This document shows positions 27,683 to 36,256 of a stretch of 64,000 nt of DNA, one piece after another (the stretch's first letter is position 1; every line of letters starts with the position of its first letter). The position numbers and the translations under genes were made by a program. The stretch is taken from IMG/VR virus record IMGVR_UViG_3300037400_006508, positions 64,001 to 128,000 of that record. One strand, given 5' to 3'. This DNA comes from a virus (taxonomy: Duplodnaviria > Caudoviricetes). Below the pieces are notes generated by a model. That model had not been told where the DNA came from and searched no databases. It was given only the letters and a program-made list of their open reading frames with translations.

Positions 27683-29621
27683 GTTGGACACGGCCGCCTG
27701 GGCCGAGAGACATCCTGTCCTCGACACGATGGGAAAGGCCGGCCTCACGGGGGCCGGCGTAGCCGCGCTGTCGTCCATCCTGGCTGACTTCATAGAGGCG
27801 AGAAGGCAGGCCAAGAAGCAGCGCGAGCGCGACAAGATGAACAATAGCGAAGACGCCATAGTATTCCATGTGCGCGACGCGTCCGAGAAGGCGGCGGAGG
27901 ACTGTGTCGGGTCGTGCGATTCGCATCCGTGCGAGGATACGAACGTCACCGTCGTTTCCGAGGAGTCCGGAAAGAGCATAAAGTACCAGAACGGATCGGA
28001 CCAGATGCGGGAGACGAACGGCCGTTTCTCCGGTTTTGGGAAGAGCGCCGGGGGGTGGGGAGACGTTCCGGTGGACACGTTGAAGATCCTCGGATCCGTC
28101 GCGGCGTTCCCCGTCGGGTACATGGCCGTGTCCAAGATACACGAGAGGATGGAGAGGAACCGCCTCAAGAAGCAGATCGCCGCGGCGCAGCAGGAGTACA
28201 TAGACCTGCTCGACGGAAGGCGCGAGGAGAAGACCGCCGAGTTCTGCGACATGTTCATGATGGACGATCCGTATCTCGGTACCGGAATCGTAAAGTCCGC
28301 CGAGAAGAACCCGGCCGACTACAACGCGCTAGACAGGGCGGCCGCCTGGGTTGGAAACGGTCTGTCCTCCGTCAACAAGGATGCGCAGAACGTTTCAGCA
28401 GCCACCCTTGCGGCCGCCCTCCTTACTTCGGGAGTGTCCGCATGGGTCGTGCACAAGCTTCTCGCAGAGCGGTTCGACAAGAAGGACAATGACGCGGAGC
28501 CGCGCAGGGACATGAAGATCATGTTCAAGTCCAGTTCCGCGGACGAGCTGGAGATATCGCCGGAGCAGTTCATGGCAACGATAGTCGTGATGCGCGACTG
28601 CATAAGGGATTCGAAGCCAATGTCCAAGGAGGCGCAGTACTATTTCAACCACCCAAAGGCGCAGTATGACGACGAGGCGATGCAGCATGTGCTAAGGACG
28701 TACGCCCATGATAATTTGGGCGTTAAGTACGACAAAGCGAACGATACCGCCCTTCAGGCTAAACTGCTTGTGAGCTCCGGTCTGGCTAAACCAAAGGACA
28801 TAGTGCGGGCCGCAGTGGACGAAAAGGAAGCGGCCCGCCTAAAGTCATTGGCTCCGGACGTCAAGGACAGCGTAATGAACTACATGCTGGCCAATCCCGT
28901 CGGATGGCTTCGCATGATAGGGGCCAAGGAGAACAGGGACATCCTGGAGGCTGCAGTAAACAGGGGTATATCCGATATGCAGGGCAAGGGAGGCTTCATA
29001 GGAACGTTGATGGGCGTTCCGGTCCTCGGAGACGTGATGAAAAGCATCATGAGGTGGTACTCCATGAATACGGAGGCCGGAAGGCGCATGGTTGCCAACA
29101 GGATGCTGGAAGGCGCCGGCATGACGGACGCGGAGGAGAGGAACAGAGTGCTCAGGAACGATATGAATTTCAGCACAGGGTTCAACGCCGCAGATCCTAA
29201 GGCGGTAGTCGGATCGCCCATGGCCGCCAGACCGAAACAGATAGTCGCGCCCCCTCCTCCGCCACAAGTTCAGCCCGGAGCCGGAAACGGCGTGAATCCG
29301 CCCGAGATGAAAACAGATCTGGACACGGCTGGCGCCGGTCCCGGAATGACGGCAAATGCGTCCGCAGGCATGGGAAAGTCGTCTGGCGTCATCGGAGACA
29401 TAAAGTCGAACGTCGACTTCTTCGCGAACATGAAGACCCTTTCCGATATGACGAACAAGGATCTTGGAAGAACTATGAAGAAAACCAAGAAGGGAAAGTC
29501 GTCCAAGAACGAGCCGCAGGTCGAAGTGGACTTCGACAATGTTCTCATGGAGCACCTTACCGACGAGCAGCGCAGGAGGCTGTACGAAATAGCTGCGAGG
29601 ATAGCGGCCAAGAGGAAGTAG
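27657..29621 (+). CDS. Multi-segment protein with several Gly/Ala-rich hydrophobic helices separated by KxA motifs (candidate internal/ejection protein)
   Basis: KMA, KAA, KSA, KTA, KSA and KEA lie between hydrophobic helices such as GLTGAGVAALSSIL, ILGSVAAFPVGYMAV and AATLAAALLTSGVSAWVV. Confidence 0.6.
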   Translation: MEMNQKMAELDTAAWAERHPVLDTMGKAGLTGAGVAALSSILADFIEARRQAKKQRERDKMNNSEDAIVFHVRDASEKAAEDCVGSCDSHPCEDTNVTVVSEESGKSIKYQNGSDQMRETNGRFSGFGKSAGGWGDVPVDTLKILGSVAAFPVGYMAVSKIHERMERNRLKKQIAAAQQEYIDLLDGRREEKTAEFCDMFMMDDPYLGTGIVKSAEKNPADYNALDRAAAWVGNGLSSVNKDAQNVSAATLAAALLTSGVSAWVVHKLLAERFDKKDNDAEPRRDMKIMFKSSSADELEISPEQFMATIVVMRDCIRDSKPMSKEAQYYFNHPKAQYDDEAMQHVLRTYAHDNLGVKYDKANDTALQAKLLVSSGLAKPKDIVRAAVDEKEAARLKSLAPDVKDSVMNYMLANPVGWLRMIGAKENRDILEAAVNRGISDMQGKGGFIGTLMGVPVLGDVMKSIMRWYSMNTEAGRRMVANRMLEGAGMTDAEERNRVLRNDMNFSTGFNAADPKAVVGSPMAARPKQIVAPPPPPQVQPGAGNGVNPPEMKTDLDTAGAGPGMTANASAGMGKSSGVIGDIKSNVDFFANMKTLSDMTNKDLGRTMKKTKKGKSSKNEPQVEVDFDNVLMEHLTDEQRRRLYEIAARIAAKRK

Positions 29622-29622
29622 G

Positions 29623-32600
29623 ATGGCGGACGGCCTTCCAGAGGGACTTCGTGAATTCGACGACGCGAAGGCGACGCGGAAGCTCATTTACGACAATGTG
29701 CTTTCCGCGGTGCAGAAGCGTTTTCCTGTAGAGGACGACAACTACAGGCTCGAGCTCCTCGACGCCAGGTACGGCGGTCCGCAGGAGTATACGCTGGCTC
29801 AGCAGAAGAACGCCATCTTGCGCAATAGAAACCTAAGGACTCCGATTGTCGGCAAGTGGCGTCTGACGGACAAGAAGACCGGCCAGGTGCTCGACGAACG
29901 CGAGGACCAGGTCATGCAGGTCCCGTACTGGACCGACCGCGGCACCATCATCAACAACGGGTCCGAGTACACGGTCATCACGCAGTCCAGGCTCCGTCCG
30001 GGCGTGTACGCCAGGCGCAAGACGAACGGAGGCCTGGAGGCGCAGTTCAACATCGATCCAAGGACGGGTCATTCGTTCAGGATAGGCCTGAACCAGCAGA
30101 CCGGCGTGTTCGACGTATCCGTAGGGCAGGGCCACATACCTCTGTACCAGGTTCTTCGCGGTCTCGGCGTCGACGACAAGGAGATCATCAGGAACTGGGG
30201 CGCGGATCTTACGGCGGCCAATGCGCAGAAGTCGGATCCGCAGGCGTGGAGGAAGCTCTACGAGCGTATGGCCGGGTACAGGGCGGATCCGAATTTGACC
30301 GACGCGGACAGGATGGAGTATGTCAGGAACGGTCTTACGTCGTATAAGGTCGATCCGGACATCGTCGAGAGGACGATGGGACTCCGCAACGTGTCCGGAG
30401 TCACCCCGCAGCTGCTCATGCGTGCGTCGCAGAAGCTTCTTAACATATCTCGCGGCGACGAGAAGCCGGACAATCGCGACAATCCAAGGTTTTCGGCTTA
30501 CTACTCGATCGAGGACTTCCTCAAAGAGCGCGTTGACAAGGATGCTGGTCGTCTCACAAAGTCGCTTCTGTTCAGGGCAAGGAGAAATAGAAACCTGAAG
30601 GGAGTCCGCAGGGACGCCCTCGCCCCGTATGTGGATGCGTTCATCCAGGGATCCGGCCTTGCGATGCCGGGAGAGGAGGCGAATCCGCTCTCCACGCTCG
30701 AGCAGATGTCCAGGATATCCAAGTTCGGCGAAGGAGGAATCCAGTCCGAAGAAGCCGTAACCATGTCCGCCCGCGAGGTGAACGGGGACTACCTCGGGTT
30801 CGTAGATCCGGTAGCCGGTCCCGAATCGGGCAGGATCGGCGTTGACGTCAGGGCCACCTACCATACGTACAAGGGCAAGGACAACAAGATCTATGGCGAA
30901 TTCCTGGATGCAAAGACGGGAAAGACGGCGTACGTCGACATCGGAACCGCCGCTGACAGAAAGATAGCCTTCCCGGGTCAGGACATGTCGAAGCCGTACG
31001 TGTATATCATGAAGGACGGCGTTCCGCAGATGGCTCCGACGTCGGAAGTGCAGTATATTGTTCCGAACTACGGGCGTGTCGTCGGGTCGAACACCAACAT
31101 GAATCCGTTTCCGACGGCCGTCCAGCCGAACAGGCAGTTCTACGCGTCGAAGTTCTGGACGCAGTATCTGCCGCAGGCGAAGGGCGAGGTGCCGTTGGTG
31201 GACTCGCTTATGCCGGACGGGAAGCAGACCTGGAGCGAGTACTACGGCAGGAAGGTCGGAGCCGTCAAGTCCGATGTAGACGGAGTCGTTACGCGTGTCA
31301 CGGACGACTCGGTCACCATCAAGGACAACACGGGCAAGACGCACAAGGTGGAGCTCGTCAAGAATCTTCCGTTCAACAGGCTGTCCGGCATTTCGTTCAG
31401 TCCGTCCGTCGAAGTCGGGCAGGACGTGAAGTCCGGCGACATGATCGCCCATTCCAACTTCACGGACAAGAAGACCGGTGCGATCAACATGGGCCAGAAC
31501 CTGCATGCGGCGATCATACCGTACAGGGGATACTCGTTCGAGGACGCCCACGTCATATCGGAGTCCGCCGCGAAGAGGCTTGCGACGGACAGGCTGTACA
31601 GTTTCGACCATGATTCAAGAAACGGCGTCATACTGGACAAAAAGAAATACATATCCGCGTTTCCGTCCAAGTTCACCAAGGATCAGATAGAGACGCTTGA
31701 CGACAATGGCCTTGTAAAGCCGGGTACGATACTCCACAGGGGAGATCCCATTGTAACTTCTCTCGGGCCAAAGGTTCTTACCTCGTCTGACAAGGCTCTC
31801 GGCAAACTGTCCAAGGCGCTGAGGAATTCGTATACGGACCGCACGGAGACATGGGAGCACGACTACGAGGGGAAGGTCGTAGACGCCGTAAGGACGGCCG
31901 GAGGCGCGAAGGTGAACGTCGTTGCGCAGCCGCCGGTCAGGGCCGGGGATAAGCTTTCCGGAAGGTTCGGGCTGAAGGGTGTCGTCGGAAAGGTCGTTCC
32001 GGACGACGAGATGCCGAGGGACGCCACAACGAACCAGCCGTACGACATGCTCATCAATCCGATGGGCTTTCTTTCGCGAGTGGCGCCGGGCCAGATCATG
32101 GAGATGGCCATGGGCAAGGTCGCCAAGGCGACCGGAAAGCAGGTTCGCATACCGCAGCTTCCACCGCCGGAGGGATGGTACGAGTGGACGAAGAACCAGC
32201 TTGCTCAGAACAATCTAACGGACTCGGCCAATGTGTTCGATCCGACCACCGGAAAGACCATAAACAACATAGGCGACGGGTATCTGTTCATATCGGCGTT
32301 CCACCATCTGGCCGAGAAGAAGGAGTCGATGCGGGGCGCCGGAGACGCCGCGTATACGCAGGACGAGCAGCCGGCGAAGGGCGGAAAGACCGGCGCGAAA
32401 CGTTCGTCCGGCCTGGACAACTGGGCCATGCTGTCGCATGGGGCCACGGACGTGCTGAAGGACGCCGTTCTGATCAGAGGAACGAGGAACGACAATTATT
32501 GGAACTCCCTTAAGCTCGGCCTTCCTCTTCCCGAACCGGAATCTCCGTTCATCTACAAGAAGTTTCTCAATACGCTCAGGGCCGGCGGCATCAACGTAGT

Positions 32601-34005
32601 CGAGAAGGGAAATATCACCAAGATCATACCGCAGACCGACAAGGATGTCGAACAGCTCGCGAACGGCCGGGTCATATCGTCGTCCGAGATGGTCGATTCG
32701 TCGTTCGATCCCGTAAAGGGCGGTTTGTTCGATCTTGGAAAGACCGGCGGAATGGCCGGCAACCAGTGGTCGATGATCGAACTTCCGGAGCCGGTTCCGA
32801 ATCCGATAATGGAGGAGCCGGTCAGGAGGGTTCTCGGTCTTACCGTGTCCAAGATGGAGGATGTTCTTGCCGGAAGAGAGAAGATCGACGGAAAGACCGG
32901 CGGCGAGGCGCTGAAGTCCGCGTTGGCGAAGGTTGACGTCGACAAGAAGATCGCCGACGCGAAGAGGGACATACTCGGCCAGCGTGGGGCGAAGAGAGAC
33001 GACGCCGTCAAGGTATATAGGTACCTGACGGCCATGAAGGAGCAGGGTCTCAGCCCGCAGGATTGGATGGTGTCGAAGGTTCCCGTCATACCGCCTGCGT
33101 TCAGGCCGGTGTCCAAGATGGGAGACGTAGCCCTTGTGTCCGACATGAACGACCTGTACAAGGACATCATAGAGAACGCGAACAACTTCAGGGAGCTGAA
33201 GAAAGACGTTTCCGACGAAGGCGTTGCCGACGAGAGGATCAATATATACAACTCCGTCAAGGCCGCGTACGGCCTGGGACAGCCGATCACGCCGGAGAAC
33301 GCCGCAAAGGGCGTCAAGGGCGCACTGAGGCAGGTCATCGGGTCGAGTCCGAAGTTCGGACAGTTCCAGTCGAAGGTTCTATCGAAAACGCTCGATAACG
33401 TAGGGCGCGGCGTCGTGACGCCGGATCCGAATTTGGACATGAACCAGGTTGGAGTTCCGGAGAACATGGCCTGGGAGATGTACAAGCCGTATGTGTTGCG
33501 AGGGCTCGTGCGGACGGGATATCCGTCGGCCACCGCCGTTAAAATGGTCGCCGACAAGACGGATACGGCCAGGCATATACTGGAGAAGGAGATGGAGGAG
33601 CGTCCTATCATCATGGATCGCGCCCCGACGTGGCACAAGTTCAATTTCCTTGCCTTCACTCCGCATATAACGCAGGACGAAACGATACGCGTATGTCCTC
33701 TTATAGTAAGCGGGTTCAACATGGACTTTGACGGTGACACGGTGAACATGCACGTACCGTCGTCACAGAAGGCGGTTGACCAGGCCAAGCGCATAATGAT
33801 GCCGTCGGAGAATTTGATTTCTACCACCGACCTTTCCTCTCCCATGCACTCCCCGTCGAAGGAGCAGATCTTTGGGCTGTACGCCGCTACGTCGAAGGTG
33901 AACCAGAAGCCAGTCAAGGTGTTCAACACCGTTTCCGAGGCCAAGAGGGCGTATGCGGCCGGCGAGATAGAGATGAACGACCCGATAGAGATTCTACAGA
34001 AATGA
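29623..34005 (+). CDS. Phage DNA-directed RNA polymerase: beta subunit fused to the N-terminal (catalytic) half of beta'
   Basis: Beta motifs GYSFEDA, GDKLSGRFGLKGVV, NPMGFLSR, HHLAEKK, QPAKGG. Beta' motifs GGLFD, PVIPPAFRP, SDMNDLY, DRAPTWH and catalytic FNMDFDGD (NMDFDGD at 33718-33738). Confidence 0.95.
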   Translation: MADGLPEGLREFDDAKATRKLIYDNVLSAVQKRFPVEDDNYRLELLDARYGGPQEYTLAQQKNAILRNRNLRTPIVGKWRLTDKKTGQVLDEREDQVMQVPYWTDRGTIINNGSEYTVITQSRLRPGVYARRKTNGGLEAQFNIDPRTGHSFRIGLNQQTGVFDVSVGQGHIPLYQVLRGLGVDDKEIIRNWGADLTAANAQKSDPQAWRKLYERMAGYRADPNLTDADRMEYVRNGLTSYKVDPDIVERTMGLRNVSGVTPQLLMRASQKLLNISRGDEKPDNRDNPRFSAYYSIEDFLKERVDKDAGRLTKSLLFRARRNRNLKGVRRDALAPYVDAFIQGSGLAMPGEEANPLSTLEQMSRISKFGEGGIQSEEAVTMSAREVNGDYLGFVDPVAGPESGRIGVDVRATYHTYKGKDNKIYGEFLDAKTGKTAYVDIGTAADRKIAFPGQDMSKPYVYIMKDGVPQMAPTSEVQYIVPNYGRVVGSNTNMNPFPTAVQPNRQFYASKFWTQYLPQAKGEVPLVDSLMPDGKQTWSEYYGRKVGAVKSDVDGVVTRVTDDSVTIKDNTGKTHKVELVKNLPFNRLSGISFSPSVEVGQDVKSGDMIAHSNFTDKKTGAINMGQNLHAAIIPYRGYSFEDAHVISESAAKRLATDRLYSFDHDSRNGVILDKKKYISAFPSKFTKDQIETLDDNGLVKPGTILHRGDPIVTSLGPKVLTSSDKALGKLSKALRNSYTDRTETWEHDYEGKVVDAVRTAGGAKVNVVAQPPVRAGDKLSGRFGLKGVVGKVVPDDEMPRDATTNQPYDMLINPMGFLSRVAPGQIMEMAMGKVAKATGKQVRIPQLPPPEGWYEWTKNQLAQNNLTDSANVFDPTTGKTINNIGDGYLFISAFHHLAEKKESMRGAGDAAYTQDEQPAKGGKTGAKRSSGLDNWAMLSHGATDVLKDAVLIRGTRNDNYWNSLKLGLPLPEPESPFIYKKFLNTLRAGGINVVEKGNITKIIPQTDKDVEQLANGRVISSSEMVDSSFDPVKGGLFDLGKTGGMAGNQWSMIELPEPVPNPIMEEPVRRVLGLTVSKMEDVLAGREKIDGKTGGEALKSALAKVDVDKKIADAKRDILGQRGAKRDDAVKVYRYLTAMKEQGLSPQDWMVSKVPVIPPAFRPVSKMGDVALVSDMNDLYKDIIENANNFRELKKDVSDEGVADERINIYNSVKAAYGLGQPITPENAAKGVKGALRQVIGSSPKFGQFQSKVLSKTLDNVGRGVVTPDPNLDMNQVGVPENMAWEMYKPYVLRGLVRTGYPSATAVKMVADKTDTARHILEKEMEERPIIMDRAPTWHKFNFLAFTPHITQDETIRVCPLIVSGFNMDFDGDTVNMHVPSSQKAVDQAKRIMMPSENLISTTDLSSPMHSPSKEQIFGLYAATSKVNQKPVKVFNTVSEAKRAYAAGEIEMNDPIEILQK

Positions 34006-34175
34006 AGAAGTACGATCTTAGTTACCATATCTTGTTGAAGATGGCCGGTCTTGAGAAGGACGCATGGCCGTGGAGCAGCCGTGCGCCCGCGTTCGACTAT
34101 TCCAAGGCGCAGATAGACACGTCGGTCGGCAACAACGCGTATAGAAGCTTCAACAAAGCGTACGCCGGTGCGTGA
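34002..34175 (+). CDS. 57-aa protein with KxA motifs (not in the ORF track)
   Basis: ATGA overlap with the RNAP stop; MKKYDLSYHILLKMAGLEKDAWPW... Confidence 0.55.
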   Translation: MKKYDLSYHILLKMAGLEKDAWPWSSRAPAFDYSKAQIDTSVGNNAYRSFNKAYAGA

Positions 34176-34187
34176 TTGGGGGCTAAA

Positions 34188-34673
34188 ATGACACCATACG
34201 AACTTGGTTTTTTGAAAACTGCGCGGGCCAAGCTGTCTGACAGCGACGTGGAAGCCTTGCGCGAGATGATGGCGCAGCAGAAGGAGAACGCGAGGCAGCG
34301 CGAGCTGCGTCGTACCGCAAGGTTCGACAAGAACCGCAAGGAGCGCGTAAGGGATGCGAAGAACTACATGATGATAATCCTCGGCCTTGCCGGATTCATG
34401 GGCGGAAGGCTTGCGGGAGGCGCAATCGGAAAGTCGATCGGACAGCCCGGAGACATGACGCACAACAAGGGTGCTCTCATCGGGTCGCTGTCTGGGTTGG
34501 TTGCCGGAGGAATAGGCGGACGTTACTTCGGAGAAGGGGCAGGAAACAGGACCGCCGACAGGATGGAGCAGATCGAGAAGGACACCGGGATACGAGTCAA
34601 CGAGCAGGAGACGGAGAACCTGGCCCGCACGACGAACAACCTGATGCTCTACAACACGTTTTTCAAACACTAG
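34188..34673 (+). CDS. Glycine-zipper membrane protein with a truncated leader
   Basis: MTPYELGFLKTA; GLAGFMGGRLAGGAIG..GALIGSLSGLVAGGIGG. Confidence 0.75.
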   Translation: MTPYELGFLKTARAKLSDSDVEALREMMAQQKENARQRELRRTARFDKNRKERVRDAKNYMMIILGLAGFMGGRLAGGAIGKSIGQPGDMTHNKGALIGSLSGLVAGGIGGRYFGEGAGNRTADRMEQIEKDTGIRVNEQETENLARTTNNLMLYNTFFKH

Positions 34674-34703
34674 TTGCCTACATCGGCACATTTTTGGTAA
34701 AGT
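34674..34703 (+). promoter_or_regulatory. Putative promoter TTGCCT-N18-TAAAGT (TTTTTGG-TAAAGT)
   Basis: Intergenic; shares the TTTTGGTAnnnT motif. Confidence 0.45.
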
Positions 34704-34729
34704 AGATGTCAAGCAAGGAAGGACACAAC

Positions 34730-35272
34730 ATGTTCGACTACAAAGGATACAAGGAACTTCAGGACGTACTGTCCAAGAAGGCCCAGTTCGTGCCGATGGG
34801 CGGAGACCCTGCGGCGGGTGGAATGCCTCCGGGCGATCCGGCGGCTGGTGGAATGCCTCCGGGCGATCCGGCTGCGATGGGCGGCGCGATGCCTCCTGAC
34901 GCCGGTGGAATGCCTCCGGTAGATCCCGCCGCAATGGGAGGAGACCCCATGGCCGGTGGAATGCCGCCGGTGGATCCGGCGATGATGGGAGGGGCGATGC
35001 CGCCAGGGGCCGATCCAATGGCCGGTATGCCCGATCCTGCGGCTGGCGACGTTTCTCCGTCAGGTGAGCCGTACATGAAGATAACGCCGACGCAGCTCAG
35101 CAAGCTGTTCAAGCAGTTCGCAGAGGTGTTCAAGAGCGTGCTTGGAATACAGCAGCCGGCCGGTGCTGCTCCGGCGGCTCCGGCGGCTCCGCAGCAGGAT
35201 CCTAATCTAGCGGCGAAAGTCACCGAAGTCGACGCGAAGCTCAATGCTCTAATAAACCAGATCGGAGGTTAA
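34730..35272 (+). CDS. Low-complexity Gly/Pro/Met protein with a KxA leader
   Basis: MFDYKGYKELQDVLSKKA followed by GGMPPGDPAA repeats. Confidence 0.75.
   Translation: MFDYKGYKELQDVLSKKAQFVPMGGDPAAGGMPPGDPAAGGMPPGDPAAMGGAMPPDAGGMPPVDPAAMGGDPMAGGMPPVDPAMMGGAMPPGADPMAGMPDPAAGDVSPSGEPYMKITPTQLSKLFKQFAEVFKSVLGIQQPAGAAPAAPAAPQQDPNLAAKVTEVDAKLNALINQIGG
34795..35050 (+). repeat. Imperfect tandem coding repeat (GGMPP(G/V)DPAA units)
   Basis: Repeated ggtggaatgcctccgggcgatccggc-like units. Confidence 0.85.
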
Positions 35273-35276
35273 TTAC

Positions 35277-36254
35277 ATGAAGAGGGAAAATCTTGTCAAG
35301 ATCGCATCTGCCGTACGCAGGCGCCAGTGCAAGAACGCGCTATTGAAGGTTGCGCAGAAGTACAGTTTTACCCCGACTGGCGCCGGGGAAGACACGGATG
35401 CAATAGCTGCAGCCAAGGCGGAAGAACTCAGGAGGCAGATGATTGATGCCGATGTCGCCGAGGAGAGAGCGCAGGAGGCGGCAAGAAAAGCGCAGGAAGA
35501 AGCGGATACCAGGGCTTTTATGCGGGAACACGAACTGGATAAGATAAAAAGTCCGTGGGATAAACCACAATCAGACTTGTCCGCAAACGCTATTTACGAC
35601 GTAGATCCGGAGGAACCAATAGACTGGAATAGTCCGGAGTTCAAGGAGCTTTCAAATCTTACGCCGAATGAAACCGATTGGCCTGTAGGCATCGTTGCCA
35701 TGGATTCAAATGGCAGGATCAGACCCACAATGCCAGCGGAGCAGGCCTCCGAGATAGTAAAAAATCTTAATCTTCCAAAACCTGCACCGGAAGCAAAACC
35801 TGCCCCTGCAGCAAAACCTGCCCCTGCAGCAAAACCTGCACCTGCCGCAGCTCCTGCAGCAAAACCTGCACCTGCCGCAGCTCCTGCAGCAAAACCTGCA
35901 CCTGCCGCAGCTCCTGCAGCAGCAGCCCCTGCAGCAGCCCCTGCAGCAGCCCCTGCAGCGAAGCCGAATAAGGCGCCGTCTGCCTGGTCGAAGGGCCTGT
36001 CGTCAATCAGAAGCGGTCTTTCAGACGTAGGAAACGCAATCGGATCTGCAGCCGGATCACCGGTTGGACGCGGAATAGCGGCGGGCGGAGTTGCAGGTGC
36101 CGTCCTCCTCGCGCTCAGCGAAATGAACAAGAAGAAGGAGCGTAGGAATTATCTTCGTAGCGCCATCCTTGGACTTCTTGCCGGCGGAATGTTCGGTGCC
36201 GCCGCGGGGCATTATGCCCCAGGGGCGTTTACCGCCAAGCCAACCACGGCGTAG
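35277..36254 (+). CDS. Protein with a KxA leader, an Ala/Pro/Lys repeat linker and two C-terminal glycine-zipper helices
   Basis: LVKIA...LLKVA; AKPAPA repeats; GIAAGGVAGAVLLAL and AILGLLAGGMFGAAAG. Confidence 0.75.
   Translation: MKRENLVKIASAVRRRQCKNALLKVAQKYSFTPTGAGEDTDAIAAAKAEELRRQMIDADVAEERAQEAARKAQEEADTRAFMREHELDKIKSPWDKPQSDLSANAIYDVDPEEPIDWNSPEFKELSNLTPNETDWPVGIVAMDSNGRIRPTMPAEQASEIVKNLNLPKPAPEAKPAPAAKPAPAAKPAPAAAPAAKPAPAAAPAAKPAPAAAPAAAAPAAAPAAAPAAKPNKAPSAWSKGLSSIRSGLSDVGNAIGSAAGSPVGRGIAAGGVAGAVLLALSEMNKKKERRNYLRSAILGLLAGGMFGAAAGHYAPGAFTAKPTTA
35777..35965 (+). repeat. Tandem coding repeat (AKPAPA / AAPA; 18- and 30-nt units)
   Basis: gcaaaacctgcacctgccgcagctcctgca occurs three times, plus shorter units. 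Confidence 0.9.
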
Positions 36255-36256
36255 AG

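Noticed and set aside
34795-35965. CRISPR array
   Set aside because: The repeats are in-frame coding tandem repeats without unique spacers, and no cas genes are present.
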